This document shows positions 12,468 to 25,403 of a stretch of 64,000 nt of DNA, piece after piece. A program made the position numbers and the translations under genes. Within the stretch, counting starts at the first letter, position 1; every line of letters begins with the position of its first letter. The notes under the pieces were generated by a model that worked only from the letters and a program-made list of their open reading frames with translations, did no database searches and was not told the origin of the DNA. This stretch comes from Hemiscyllium ocellatum (Eukaryota): assembly GCF_020745735.1 (NCBI RefSeq), contig NC_083414.1, positions 34,782,001 through 34,846,000 of the forward strand, written 5' to 3'.

Positions 12468-13410
12468 TGTGAGATATTATGTTTTAGATTATCTTTACTA
12501 ACTCACTCACCAGCTCACTACACTCATTAATACCGGGTTCCTGTTCATTTATTCATAACCCTTTACTAACCAGTTATATACTGTAGCACGGGTTCATTCA
12601 CTCATTCATAAAACCATGGTTTTGTAGTATAGTTTACTATCATAAGATAGACCAAATTAAAACAACCCTTTCTGATTAAAACAATCCTTTCAACCATCAC
12701 TGCTTTTTCACATCTTCAATTCTTGTCAGCCTTTGCTATAAGCAGTGTTTAGGCCTAGCTATCTCTGAATAAATGTCAATATCATAAACAATACTATCCC
12801 TATCAAGTCTCCATGAAACATTATAATATTAATCAGCCGTTACCAACCATCCCCTGGACCTGAGAAGATTACAGAACATAAAACAGTTTCCCCAATTAGC
12901 ATGTACTTGTTAAAACACCTTTCAACTGGGCCATTATCCCTTTAAGGAATGATTTGGAGGCGCTGGTGTTGGACTGGGATGCACAAAGTTAAAAATCACA
13001 CAACACCAGGTTATAGTCCAAGTTTTATTTGGAAGCATTTCATCACAACCACCTGATATAGGAGCAGCGCTCTGAAAGCTAGTGCTTCCAAATAAACCTG
13101 TTGGACTATAACCTGGTGTTGTGTGATTTTTAACCCTTTAATGAATTCTCAAAACAGCGATTTAGCAAAATTGCATGCACGAATGAATGAATGAAAGTCA
13201 CGCTGGCAAATAGTAAACAAATCTACAACCCACCTGCAGTAAACAGTTCAATATCCTTTTTTCTTTTATTAGGTGCAGGTACAATTTCTAACTTATTTAA
13301 AGCATATAGGCCTAGTTTGTTTTATTAACATTTAGTAATTTAAAAGACAAAAGGACTAACACCTTTTAATTATGCAAACAGACCGCATAGACACTCTTAA
13401 TTCCATCACA
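12468..13410. mobile_element. Probable solo LTR
   Basis: About 940-bp AT-rich block starting TGTGA and ending TCACA that cleanly interrupts a CR1. Possible 4-bp TSD CAGA/CAGG if the end is 13408. Confidence 0.65.
12951..13133. mobile_element. PLE family B hairpin insertion inside the LTR
   Basis: Inverted arms, 13-bp TSD CCCTTTAAGGAAT / CCCTTTAATGAAT, hammerhead with a mutated core (CTGATAT). Confidence 0.8.
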
Positions 13411-13589
13411 GGGTTGGAAGGTTTGAGCTTGTAGGAAGAGGCTGAATATGCTGGGGCTATGTTCCCTGGAGTGTCAGAGGCTAAGAGGTAAGCTTATATA
13501 AGTTTATAAAATCATGAGGGGCACGGATAGGCTGAATAGACAAGGTATTTTCCCTGCGTGGGGGGGGGGGGGGGGGGGGAGGGGAAGAG

Positions 13590-13991
13590 CTTGGGAGCCT
13601 CCTGTGAAGCGCTTCTGTGATGTTTCCTCCGGCATTTATAGTGATTTGTATCTGCTGCTTCCGGTTGTCAGTTCCAACTGTCCGCTGCAGTGGCCGATAT
13701 ATTGGGTCCAGGTCGATGTGCTTATTGATTGAATATGTGGATGAGTACCTAGAGGCATGGCACTCATCCACAGATTCAATCAATAAGCACATCGACCTGG
13801 GCTCAATATACCGGCCACTGCAGCGGACAGCAACTGACAACCGGAAGCAGCAGGTACAAATCACTATAAATGCCGGTGGAAACATCACAGAAGCGCTTCA
13901 CAGGAGGCTGCCAAGTACTGAGGATGTCACCTAGACAGGGGACGAAACATCTGCAACACAAGTTCCCAGCTCGGCGAACAGAACCACAACA
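13590..13991 (+). mobile_element. PLE family C: about 160-bp-arm palindrome plus hammerhead
   Basis: 13590-13749 and 13759-13915 are reverse complements. Encodes LEAWHSSTDSINKHIDL..IYRPL, resembling a PLE GIY-YIG C-terminus. Confidence 0.8.
13915..13954 (+). ncRNA. Minimal hammerhead ribozyme motif (PLE family C)
   Basis: GUA-CUGAGGA-U-GUCACCU(AGAC)AGGGGAC-GAAA-CA-UC-UGC. Core intact. The stem III palindrome has decayed from ACGU to ACAU. Confidence 0.7.
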
Positions 13992-14062
13992 AGATCTGAC
14001 AGCATCTGTGGAGAGAGAAACAAAGTTTATGTTTCGAGTCCAGCATGACGCTTCTTTAGAAA
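13992..14062 (-). mobile_element. PLE family D fragment with a decayed hammerhead
   Basis: Minus strand reads CTAAAGAAGCGTCATGCTGGACTCGAAACATAAAC...CTCTCTCCACAGATGCTG. Confidence 0.6.
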
Positions 14063-15393
14063 ACTGTGAACCAGTATCTCTTGCAAAACAATGCAAGGAA
14101 AGGATGCGGTGAGCATCCAGGTAGGCTTAGAGTGAGCATTAGGAGAGCAAATGATCAGCTCGAAGATACAGCCTGGCTGACTGCATCTTCCTGAGCACAC
14201 AGTGTCCTAGTAGAAGCATTACAACGATAGTTGCAGTTGGACCTCAAGGCACAGCAATGAATTTAAGTGAACGTATTCCATGAGAGTTCTTAGAGTCTAC
14301 CACATGTTGGATGCTGTGCCCAGTAGACATGGGGTGAGCGTGGCCAATGCCCATGGAATATACTCTGAGATGGTGGAGCCTAGTGTCCAACATGGAGGTC
14401 CTTTGGGACAAATGAAGAAAGGTTGCCAGGAACCTTCTCTTCCATGTTGAGAATTCTTGCTGTCTAGTTTGCTTGTAATGGGTGGTATGATAGAAAACTG
14501 CATATTAATGAGGTAAGATATTCAATCATGATTGGTGACGAATACTTTAACAACTCACTGGAGGTGGCTGCTCTACAAATTACCCATCCTCAAGATGGAA
14601 GAGCCTGGCACATCAGTGCAAAAGATAAGTCTGAAGCATTTGCAGCAATCTTCAGTCAGAAATGTGGAGTGGATGGTCCATCTTGACCTCCTCCAGTGGT
14701 CCCAGCATCACAGTTGATAATCTTCAACCAACTAGATTTGCTCCATCTGATATAAAGAAACAAGTAGAGACACTGGATTGTGCAAAGGCATGGTCCCTGA
14801 CAACATTCCACCAACAGTCCTTGTGCTCCAGAATTGGGCTGACCCTAGCAAAGCTCTTCCAGTAGAGCTACAACAATGGCATCTAGCCAACAAAGTAGAA
14901 CATTGCCCAGATATATCCTATACATAAAAAGGACAACAAATCCAACCTGGCCAATTCCTGCTGTATCTGTTTACTCTTGAATCATGAGGAAAATGATGGA
15001 AAGTGTCATCAATAGAGCTATCAAGCAGCACCTGGTCAGCAATAACCTGCTGATGCTCTGTTTGGCTTCTTCCAGGGACACTCAGTTCCTGACCTTATTA
15101 CAGCTTTGGTTCAAAAATGTCTATATTTGAAAAGAAACAGCTGAATTCCAGAGGTGAGGTGAGAGTGACAGCCCTTGGTATCAGGCCACATCTGACCCAA
15201 GTCGAACTGGAGTCAATGGGAACCTGGGGGGGGGACCATCTCTTCACTGGTTGGAGTCATACTTGGCATAAAGGAAAGAAGATGGCCATGGTTATTGGAG
15301 GTCAATTATCTGCAGCTCCAGGACATCTCTGCTGGAGTTCCTCAGGGTAGTGTCCTAGGCTCAATCATCTTCATCTGCTTCATCAATCACCTT

Positions 15394-16109
15394 TTTTACA
15401 ACATGGAATAAACTCCTTCCCTAATTTAAACCAGCAACACAGGAAAGACTTATCCCGTGCGGTAATCTGTGAAAATTCAACAGATCAAGAACAATTTAAA
15501 GTAAAATTTCACCACTTTATTTTGTAAAATATAACCAAGAACAATTAACTTACAAGTATTTACAACTCCTTCCTCTAACCTATCTTTTACTTTCCCCTCT
15601 ACAATACTGGTCTGATAAAACCCCTGATTAAGATTTACAAAACAAAACTTCTAATCTCAAACCAGACAGCTTTCGGTTATCTTCTGTATTCCTGTCTTCC
15701 TTTCTTCTTCTTGGGGATTCTGCTTCACAGGTTACTGATCAATAAAGGTACCTTTAAGAGAGGTGTTTTGTTTGGCAGCCTTTACATGCTGGTGGATTGA
15801 CAGTTCTCTTCTCAACTGTTCAACTGTCTCAACCCCCCAAAGCATTGGATTGTGTCATTGGCTTTTAAGATTGTCAATATACTAAATTCAAACTTGATTT
15901 GAATTTTTTTTTTTGGGGGGGGGGGGGGGGCAAGTGTAATTGAAACTGATTGGCCTAATTCAAATCTGTTTTTGTCTCTAGGCAACCAGCTACACTAACT
16001 GCTGGACCACATGCTACATTGTATCTTGTTGAGAACACTTGGTGCTGTCAGGTAGTTCTGCCAGATTTTAACTTTCTTAAAGGCAGAGTACACCCACATC
16101 TTCATTCCA
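15394..16109. mobile_element. Solo LTR
   Basis: 716-bp block ending in CA, with 4-bp TSD CCTT (15390-15393 and 16110-16113). Splits the LINE just after the FICFIN motif. Confidence 0.7.
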
Positions 16110-16319
16110 CCTTTACTCCATTATAAGGTCAGAAATGGGATGCTGAGCACCTCTGATTCTGAAATAGTCTATACCTGGAAAATATCCAGGCTTGGATGGA
16201 AAAGTGTGAAATAATCACACCATACAAGTGCCAGATAATTACTGTATCTAACATGATTGAATATCAAAGACAATGAATAGATTCTATGGTATTACTATTA
16301 CCGAATCTCCTGCTATTTC

Positions 16320-16493
16320 CAGAAGAGCCTCAATTATCCGGCATTTGATTATCCAAATATTGGATTATCCAACAAGATCGTAAAGTCCTGATACTCTGCT
16401 AAACTATGTTATCCAGCATTCGAAATTCCAGAATTTGATTAACCTAATAAAATACTCCACACCCATGTCCTTCGGATAATCGAGGTTCCTCTG
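16320..16493. mobile_element. Tc1/mariner (Tigger-like) MITE
   Basis: TIRs CAGAAGAGCCTCAATTATCCG and CGGATAATCGAGGTTCCTCTG, with internal GATTATCC repeats. Confidence 0.75.
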
Positions 16494-17204
16494 CATATCC
16501 TGGACGTTACCACTGACCAAAAACTGAACTGGACTAGCCACATCTGGCCACAGCAGCAGGTCAGAGATTAGGAATATTGCAGCAAGTAATTCATTACCTG
16601 ACGCCCCCAAACCTGTCCACTATCGACAAGGCACAAGTTAGGAGTGTGATGGAACACTCCTCATTTGTCTGGATAAGTGTTCAACAAACATAAGGTTTGG
16701 CACATCCAAGACAAAGCAGCCCATTTGATTGGCACCACACCCATAAACACTCAGCCTTGCCACCAACGACACTCAGTAGCAGCAGTGTACTAGCTGCAAG
16801 AGGCACTGTAGAAATTTACCGAAGCTCCTTAGACAGCATGACAACTTTCATCTTGAAGAACAAGGGCCAGTCACCCTTGCTGTTCTTAGTAACTCCCCTT
16901 CTAAGGGCATTGTGGATCCACCTGCAGCAAATGAACTACAGTAATTCAAGAAGGCAGTTTACCACTAGGAATGGGTAATAAATGCTTGACCAGCCTGTGA
17001 CACCCAAATCCCATGAATGAATAAATAAAAATATAAAGTTACTAGCAAGCAATAATACCCAAAACTAGCAACACACTTCCTAAGAAAGAAATTCACTTTG
17101 ATGCCTTAGTTAAAAGACGTAATGAATAGCTTTCAATGTCATTTTAGCCTCATTTATCTTCTCTCGTAATTCTGTCACGTTTCTTACCATAGCCCATGTT
17201 GGTC

Positions 17205-17378
17205 TGGCCTCTCAGATGCTGCCTGACCTGCTGTGATTTTCCAGTACCACTCTAATCTTGACTCTGATCTCCAGCATCTGCAGTCCTCACTTTCGCCCCT
17301 ATAAGACTCAGTCCATTAACCCTGTGTCTCTCCACAGATGATGTCTTTGCTGCTGTGTATTTCCAGCAATTTTTGCTT
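17205..17378 (+). mobile_element. Adjacent PLE family A 3' tail and family D fragments
   Basis: GATGCTGCCTGACCTGCTGTG...CCAGCATCTGCAGTCCTCACTTTC, then CTCTCCACAGATG...TTTCCAGCAATTTTTG. Confidence 0.65.
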
Positions 17379-18458
17379 GCAATGGTCCATACATCAAAGG
17401 TTATGCTGGGAATTATAACAAAGTGGAAAGGTGCTGATCTATATTTGAGAAAAGCAATTGGCATTAAAAGATTAACTTTTGAGAGCCAAAACTATGTTTT
17501 ACACTACATGTAGTTAACTTTTTTGAGATTTAGTTGAAAAATAAAACAAAGTTTGCTTATTGGTAGACTTTGAATAACCTGGTCCAAAAGCCATACAATA
17601 CAGAAATTGTAACTATTAGTACACCAGTGGAACATTAAGGAACCAACTACTGCAACAGTTTCTTCAAACTAAAAATCAAATAAAGTGAAATAGAATTTAA
17701 ATGTCCAGCTTTTAATGTAAATATAAAGGCATAATAATTACATTAACAATTATTTAGAATTTACAGCCCTGAACGTGGCTATTTGCCCAAATGTTCTGGG
17801 CTATTGTTTATGTTTCACATAAATCTCTTCTCAGCCACTCCATTTAACTGTCAAGGATTTTTAAGCCTCCCCTTAAGTGCATTTGTGCTATTCATCTGAA
17901 CCATTCCAATCGGATAGTAGATTCACATGCTTTATTGGATTTATGACTATCGTATCTATGACGATGATAATACAGAGAATTCTAAGTGGTTTGTGAAAAT
18001 TGCAAGCTTCAGCTCAAAGCTTTTTCCAATCTTAAGGTGATTTTCCACTGACATTTGTTTAAATGGGATTTGAAGAGGTTGCTGACTTTGAATCAACTTT
18101 CTGCTGTATACTTTATCCCTGATACTGAATCAGAGAATCAGTTTTCCCTGAGTGTACAATTCTTCCATCGGAACACAGCCACAGAATTTAGCAGTTTAAC
18201 TGCTGAGAACTCTCTCATGGATGGTGGTCTCCCCAAATCCAAATGATAACAAGTGTCAGAGTAAAACACTTCCTTTATAGAAAACAGATAGCAAGAATAA
18301 ATACTTGCATGCTTCACTATTTCTGCTCATTTGACAGTAAATCAATCATATAGAAAACAAGTTTAAATATGCATTGCAGATATATTGTCCACAAACATGA
18401 AATATAACCATATTTGTGATTTCTGTAACATATTGTGCTTAAAAGCATAATTTGTTAG

Positions 18459-19104
18459 TGTTATGGACTAGGCCAGATCACTCAAAACATTCTTAAACAG
18501 GCAGCCCAGATCATAACTTTGCAATTTGTTTTGGTAAGTGTACAGTGAAAATTATGTGGATTAAACTGGCGAGGTTGACTACCAGGTTTAAAACAGACAA
18601 AAAAAAGTTATTCACAAAATTACACAATGAAACATGAAGAACAGAATAAAGGACCTCTACATAGCTCAGTCAATCCAAACTAGACTTAAGTATGCTCTTC
18701 CGAATATACACAACAGTCCCATAAGCACACCTCCTTTAAAACACAAGACAAAAAAAGGATCAGATGCTTACAGGTTGAGGTTTGAAGGACAGAAGAGAGT
18801 TTCCACACAGCTCACTGTTGAATTCCTAACCGGTTCTGGACTGAACTAAACTGCTCAGTTCAGCTAAAGAGCTGACCACTCCCCTTTCTTTATCCAGGTC
18901 ACTTCTAAAACATGACCACTTTGCCTTGAAGTCTCATCTGTTTACGTATAAAGAAAAAGGCCTCTCGATACCCCTTAATCTCTGTACCAAACCAGACTGA
19001 TCGGAGCCCGGCTGGGTTTATTACCCTCTCTGAAAAATATCAAGGACAGAGTATCCTTCAGCCAAGGAAAAGCTTTTAGGAGAAAAAGGACTAGCTTTGT
19101 GGCA
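18459..19104. mobile_element. Solo LTR (646 bp)
   Basis: TGTTA...TGGCA termini and a perfect 4-bp TSD TTAG (18455-18458 and 19105-19108). Confidence 0.85.
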
Positions 19105-20480
19105 TTAGGAAAGTGCAGCAGGGAAATCCTTAATTTCTTACTTATGCCTGGGAACCTATAAGGTTGGATGAGGTATAAATAGGAAGTTTTTATTAGATGG
19201 CAAGTTTGATATCATAAAAAGCTTTGAAAAGCACCGCAGTACAATTTTAAAAATTAAAAAAGCAAAGAAACAGCAAGAAAAATGCTAGTAATTAAAATCA
19301 AGGAAAACCCATTGCCATTTTATAAATACACCTAAAGTAGGATGAGAACTAAGGAAGGAAAAGGGTCCATTAGAGATCAAAAGGTAACAAGAGTATGCAG
19401 GCGCACGTTGTGGATATGGCTCCTATGACATACTTTGTTTTCACAAAGAGGGGGATGGGTCAAAATCGTAGATAAGATGGATGAATGTGAAATATTAGAT
19501 GGGATAAACAGTTTGAAGAGCAAATATAAAGGGAATTAGCATTTTTAAAAGCAGATAAATAGTCAGACTGAAGTGAGCTGTCTTCATGGATACTAATAGG
19601 ATATTAATGCTCTGGTCAACATTTTCCAAATCTGTGTGGTTACTATTTCATAGGTATGCCAGCTCTCTATGCTGCATCCACTGTTCATCATAAAGCTTGA
19701 TGGAGTCATCCTCTTTAGGTTTAGGAAACTACAGGTCTAGTATAGTAATGGGAAATTATGTACTGGTATGACCAAAAGAGGCTCTTGCACTGAAGAAGAG
19801 TTGGTTGTTCTATTTTAGTGACAGGTTAGCTGGAGATGATAGATATTGTTACAGACGTTGAGGAGGACTAGAATGTTAATTTTTACTCTATTGCTGTTCT
19901 GCCCGCAAGTCCATCATCATACTCAGAATTTACCATTCTGAGGAACAGAAATAATCATTTATGGAGAGCTGGTTTAAACAAGGGTAGTTATTATGAATTT
20001 GTTGAAAGAAGAATGTGTCTGACTAATCTTTTCAGGAAACATGAAGCTCCATATGATGTATTATTCATTAATTTCAGTAACTTTAGGCAGATTTGACTGA
20101 CATGGCTGATTGGTCAGTAAAGTAAAGAGCCCTGGAATCCAAGAGGAAGTTGGATTCAAAATTGGCTCAGTTTCAGGAAGTAAGGGGTAATAGTCAATGG
20201 CTATTTTTGTAAATGGAAGGTACTCCAGTGTGACCTCAGAACCTGGTCTCTTGCTCTTAATGATAACATCAACGAATCAGATTTAGGTAGAAGAAGGGCA
20301 TGATTAAGAAAGTCCGTGGATGATAGAAAAATTGGTCATGTGATTGAATGTGAGGAAGAAAGCTTTCGACTGCATGGAGATATCAATGTCAGGTGGTCAA
20401 GAAAATTACCAATGGAATTCAGTCCAGAGAATGTGAGTTTTAACACTTGAGAAAGCAAAAGCAATGAGAGCAGAGAATAT
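19105..20480 (+). mobile_element. Heavily decayed CR1 ORF2 fragments
   Basis: IKENPLPFYKY, GPLEIK, CLTNL and WIQNWL-like remnants. Confidence 0.65.
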
Positions 20481-20949
20481 TCCACCACAATTTTGACTTC
20501 TACCTTCTAGGTGATGGACAGAGTTTTGGATGTTAGGATAGGTGAGTCACTCACCTCAGAATTCCTAGCCTCTGAGCTGCTCTTGTAATCACAGCATTTA
20601 CATGATAGTCCATTTCAATGACTAGTCATTGGTAAATCCCAGAATGTTGACAGTGGGAGAATTCAGCAGTGGCAATGCCATTGAATGTCAAGGTGAGAAG
20701 ATTAGATTCTCTTGATAGCTACGATTATTATCTGGCACAAATGTTACTTGCTACTTATCACATCAAGCTTGATCGTCCAGGTCTTGCTGTATATGAACAT
20801 GTACTACTCCAATCCTCAAGGAGTCACAAAAAATGCTGAACATTGTGCAATCATCAGCGAAAATCATCACTTCTGACTTTATGATGGAGGGAACCTTATT
20901 GATGAAGCAGCTGAAAATGGTTGGACTTCAGGTATTTCCCTGAGGAACT

Positions 20950-21408
20950 GGCTGGTGTCCCACCTCCAAGCTTGGAGGCTCAGGTTGATGTCCCACCTGC
21001 TCAGGAGGTGAACAATAATATCCCTGGACAAGTTGATTAGGGAAATGTCGAAAGTAGGTTTAAGCAGGGGCTCTCATGGTGCAGTGGCAGTATTCCTATC
21101 TCTAATCCTTAAAGGCCTGGGTTCAAGTCCTGCATGTCCCAGAGGTATGTTATAGTGCTTCTGATCAGGTTGATTTACTGAGTTCTTGTAGTACAGTGGT
21201 GGCGTACCTACCTCTAAGTCACAAGGTTCGGGTTCAAGAACCACCTGTTCCAGGTGCTATTACATGTCTGAACAGATTGATTAAAATATCTACTCTAAAG
21301 AAGGGTAGTGATCTCTCCAACTCTGAGCTAGGAGGCCCAGGTTTAAGTTCCATTTGTATAGGAGGTGAACAATAACATTCCTGAACAAGTTGATTAGGAA
21401 GTTTCTAT
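20950..21408 (+). mobile_element. Tandem tetramer of about 110-bp tRNA-derived SINE-like monomers with a TSD
   Basis: Four units with TGGTGCAGTGG-like A boxes, GGTTCAAGTCC-like B boxes and GAACAAGTTGATTA-like ends. Flanked by CCTGAGGAACT / CCTCAGGAACT. Confidence 0.7.
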
Positions 21409-21444
21409 CCTCAGGAACTCCTGCACGATGACTTAGACTAAGAC

Positions 21445-22442
21445 GATGATATTTCTGATTTTTCTTATTATTTATATCAATTTTTATTTGGAGCTGTGAA
21501 CACAAAAATGAGATGTTTGGACTTGGGTAGCAGCTTTTGTTAAAATAAAGTGATAAGCAAGTTGTTGTTTGTTTGTGAGGCCAGAATTGGAAATTAATTG
21601 CAGGTTGACTCTTGATCAAAATATTCTACGAATGCTTCGACACCAGGGGAACAACAGTATATTTAAACAGGTAGCAGACATTGGCTACTGATGAAATCAC
21701 TGTCTGGGAATTGGTTCTGGAGAGTCTGGGAGAGACCTCACGCTGCAGGGGATGACAAATGATGGACTGGTAACTGGGACCTTGTGGAGAGACAGTCAGT
21801 CTAATGGGGAGAGGGCAAATTTTTGAATTGGATTTTGGATTGTATTTTCTGTGAGGAGTCTTGGCTATTGATGTTTTGACTGTTGATACTGCAGCATGAA
21901 AATGTGGATGTTCCCTGTCTAACCTCCTGTTATCAGCTTTTGGAAGTTCAGAGATTAGAAACAAAGTTGTATTATTGACTTTCTCTGAGTGAACTAAAAA
22001 GGTGACCCTGGACTGATATCTTCTGAAAATCAACCAAGAAACAATTAACTCTCCTTGAGGAACCAGGCATTGTGAAAATCACTTAAATAATATGGCCAGT
22101 TTTGTTATTTTCTTTTATTTATACCTTAACTGTTTGCTTGTCCGTTAGTGTGTGGATGAGGTTGTAAACAAGAGTTATTGGGTTTAAACATAGACATCAA
22201 TTATTTGTTTAATTCTGCATGCTAAAATTACTGTATTATTCATAAATTGCCAAGTCTTTTGCTTTAAGCTACAAACAGTGCTGAGAATTGATTATTTGCA
22301 GAGTCTGAGATCGGTTATTCAAAAAAGTCTGTTTAGAAACCATTGGAGTCAATTATAAGGATCTTTGAAGGCTTTAATTTTATTGTGTTGTGAATACAGA
22401 GGTAGAACAACTGATTTGGTTCAGTTCTCTGTCATTGTGACA
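21445..22442. mobile_element. Possible solo LTR
   Basis: About 1-kb block interrupting the LINE and ending TGTGACA. The 5' terminus is decayed. Confidence 0.45.
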
Positions 22443-23109
22443 CAACATTGACTCCCAACAGCCACAACTATTTTCTCTTGGGCTAGCTATAACTCTAATC
22501 GGTTTTGCTTTGTTCCTTAAGTTAGCATTTAGTCAAATGCTGCCTTGATGTGGAGGGCAGTCAGCATCCCCCTCACCTACAGATTTCAATTCTTTTGTAG
22601 ATGTTTAGACCAGGGCAGTTACAAACTGAGAGCCAAGTGGCCTGCTTAAACTGAGCAACAGAGAATATGTTATTACCGGGCAAGTGCCACTTGATGGGAG
22701 TGTTGATGACCCCTTCCATCACTTTGTTGATGATTAAGAGAAGGCTAATAGAGCCGCAAGTGGCCTGGTTTTGATTCCTTCTTTATTACAGAGATTTGTT
22801 ATGAAGGCTACCCATTGGAAATGTGAATATATTTTGAATTAATTGCTGAGAATAACAGTGAATACAGCTATATCACCAAATATGAACCCAAGGATGAGGA
22901 TGTGTGGTCTTTGAGAACATGCTGAATATAATATTAACCAGATAACAGAACAAAAACCAAAGTAGCAGGCAGGTTTGAAACCCAGCTCATTTGTATGCCA
23001 ATGTACTCCACCATGGAATTTCTGAATATATGCTTAGGCCTTGAATCTCACTTGGTGAATTCTCAGTACCAACCTAGTTATTCTAAGGAAACTCTGTGAG
23101 TCAAGTCCC

Positions 23110-24340
23110 AGAAGACTGGAGAATATCCAAGGTTTAGGAAGGGCAATAGCAAATAGGGTAGTCGTTAAAGGGTGTTTTTCTCATGAAGATCTGTGGTCAA
23201 TTATGCTCCCCAAGGATCAATGCTGGGACGTCTGTTGTTTTTAATATATATGCATAAATGATTTGGTTGCAAATGTAGGTGGCCTGATCAGTAAAGTTGC
23301 AGATGATACAAAAATTGGTGGAGTTGTAGACAGTAGGGAATGATGTCAAATGATGCAGCTTACTTGGGAAATTGGGCAGAGAAATGGTAGTTGAAGTTTA
23401 ATCCACAAGTGTTGCATTTGGTAGTCCAAATCCAACAGGAATTTAGACAGCAAATGCAGGACAATTAGGAACATTGATATGCAGTGCAATCTTGGGATAC
23501 AAATCCATGGCTCCCTGACAGTGGCAACAGAAATGGTGGTAAAGAAGACATGCTTGCCTTCCTTGGCCGGAACATTGAATATAAAAGTTGGCACGCCATT
23601 TTTAGCTGTATAAAACAATAGTTAGGCCACATTTGGAGGACTGTATGCGATTCTGATCACCATACAATAGGAAGGATGTAGAGACTTTGGAGAGGGTGCA
23701 AAAGAGGTTTACCGAGATTTTGATTAGATTAGATTACTTAGATTAGATTAGATTACTTACAGTGTGGAAACAGGCCCTTCGGCCCAACAAGTCCACACCG
23801 ACCCGCTGAAGCGCAACCCACCCATACCCCTACATTTTTACCCCATACCTAACACTACGGGCAATTTAGCATAGCCAATTCACCTGACCCTCACATCTTT
23901 CGACTGTGGGAGGAAACCGGAGCACCCGGAGGAAACCCATGCAGACACGGGGACAACGTGCAAACTCCACACAGTCAGTCGCCTGAGGCAGAGATGTTGC
24001 CTGAATTGAAATGTATGGATAGAAGGAGAGGTTGGACAAACTTGAATTGTTTTCGTTAGAGCAACAGAAGCTAAGGGTTGATCGGAAAAAAGAATATAAA
24101 ATTATAAGAGGCATGGATATGGTGGATGGTCGGAGTCTTTTTCCCCAGGGGGCATTGTTTTAAGCTGAGAGGGAAAAGTTTAAAGGAGACATGCAAGGTA
24201 GGATTTTCATACAGTGTGGCAGTGCCTGGAAAGTGTTGCCAGGGGAGATGGTAGTAGCAGATATGATAGCAATGGTTAAAGCATTCTGACAGACACATGA
24301 ACCAGCATGGAATAGAGGGCAAAGGGCATGATCCTGTGCT
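23110..24340 (+). mobile_element. Decayed CR1 3' part
   Basis: PQGSMLG, KVADDTKIGGVVDS, VRPHLE and LERVQKRFT motifs. Confidence 0.85.
23722..23989 (-). mobile_element. Young 5'-truncated HE1-type SINE
   Basis: CpG-rich and very similar to 36244-36481. Duplicated (TTAGA)n tail. Confidence 0.9.
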
Positions 24341-24451
24341 ATATTGTACGTTAGGTCAAAAGAATTGATGTTTTACAAACACTTTTTTGGGCATCAATGG
24401 TCCGAAATGGAGTCCAGAGAGCAAGGTGTTATCAACTTTAATTTATTTCAG

Positions 24452-25403
24452 ACTCAGAGAGATGTGCAGCACAGAAACAGACCCTTCCGTCCAACTCGTC
24501 TATGCCGACCAGATATCCCAAACTAATCTTGTTCCATCTGCCAGCACCCAGCCCATATCCCTCCAAAGCATTTTCCCCTCTCACTCTAAACTGATGCCCT
24601 CTAGTTCTGAACTCTCCTACCTCTCATGATTTTATAAACCTCTATAAAATCAATCCTCCACCTCAGACGCTTCAGGGAAAACAGCCCCAGCCTATTCAAC
24701 CTCTCCCTACAGCTCAAATCCTCCAAACCAGCAACATCCTTGTAAATCTTTTTCGAACCCTTTCAGATTTCACAACATCCTTTCAATAGGAAGGAGACCA
24801 GATTTACACACAATATTCCAAAAGTGGCTTAACCAATGTCCTTTACAGCCGGAACATAACCTCCCAACTCCTGTACTTAATACTCTGACCAATAAAGGAA
24901 AGCATATCAACGCCTTCTTCACTATTCTATCTATATGCGACTCTACTTTCAAGGAACTATGAACTTGCACTTCAAGGTCTCTTTGTTCAGCAACATTCCC
25001 TAGGAACTGACCATTAAGTGTATAAGTCCTGCTAAGATTTGCTTTCCCAAAATGCAACACCTCGCATTTATTTAAATTAAACCTCTTATGTTCACATCCA
25101 AATCATTAATTTCTAAATGAAGAAAAGTAGTGAACCAAGCAATGATCCTTGTGGCACTTCACTGGTCACAGGCCTCTAGTCTGAACCTTCTGTCTTCTAC
25201 CTTTGAGCCAGTTCTGTATCCAAACGGTTAGTTCCCCCTGTATTCCATGAGATCTAACCTTGCTAACAAGTCTCCCATGGGGAACCTTGTCAAACACCTT
25301 ACTGAAGTCCATATAGATCACGTCCATCCACCTGCCCTCATCAATCCTATTTGTTATTTCTTCAACAACTCAGTCAGGTTTGTGAGACATGATTTCCCCT
25401 TGT
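24452..25403 (-). mobile_element. CR1/HER1 3' part
   Basis: Minus ORF LHFGKANLSRTYTLNG..AEQRDLEVQVHSSLKV, plus KSCLTNL. Confidence 0.9.

Larger units (their letters stand above)
12366..13589 (+). mobile_element. CR1 fragment split by a solo LTR (pieces 12366-12467 and about 13409-13589)
   Basis: [27 protein letters not shown]...LP | GLEGLS is colinear across the insertion. Confidence 0.8.
14500..17030 (+). mobile_element. Decayed CR1-clade LINE of a second family, interrupted by an LTR and a MITE
   Basis: TLAKLFQ, HKKDNKSNLANS, AGVPQGSVLGSIIFICFIN, KAQVRSVMEHS motifs and an ATGAATGAATAAATAAAA tail. Confidence 0.8.
20480..22780 (-). mobile_element. Second-family CR1-clade LINE, minus strand, interrupted twice
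   Basis: Reverse complement matches 15280-16700 (for example GGAGTTCCTCAGGG). Colinear across the insertions at 20950 and about 21445. Confidence 0.7.

Noticed and set aside
13560-13584. Poly-G tracts (also 15914-15930) as functional G-quadruplexes
   Set aside because: They are homopolymer expansions of G-runs inside decayed repeats, and their length is unreliable in assemblies.
13481-13934. Two overlapping antisense ORFs with near-identical N-termini as a paired gene system
   Set aside because: This is a trivial consequence of the DNA palindrome.
23722-23760. (TTAGA)n as a telomere-like repeat
   Set aside because: It is the reverse complement of the SINE (CTAAT)n tail.
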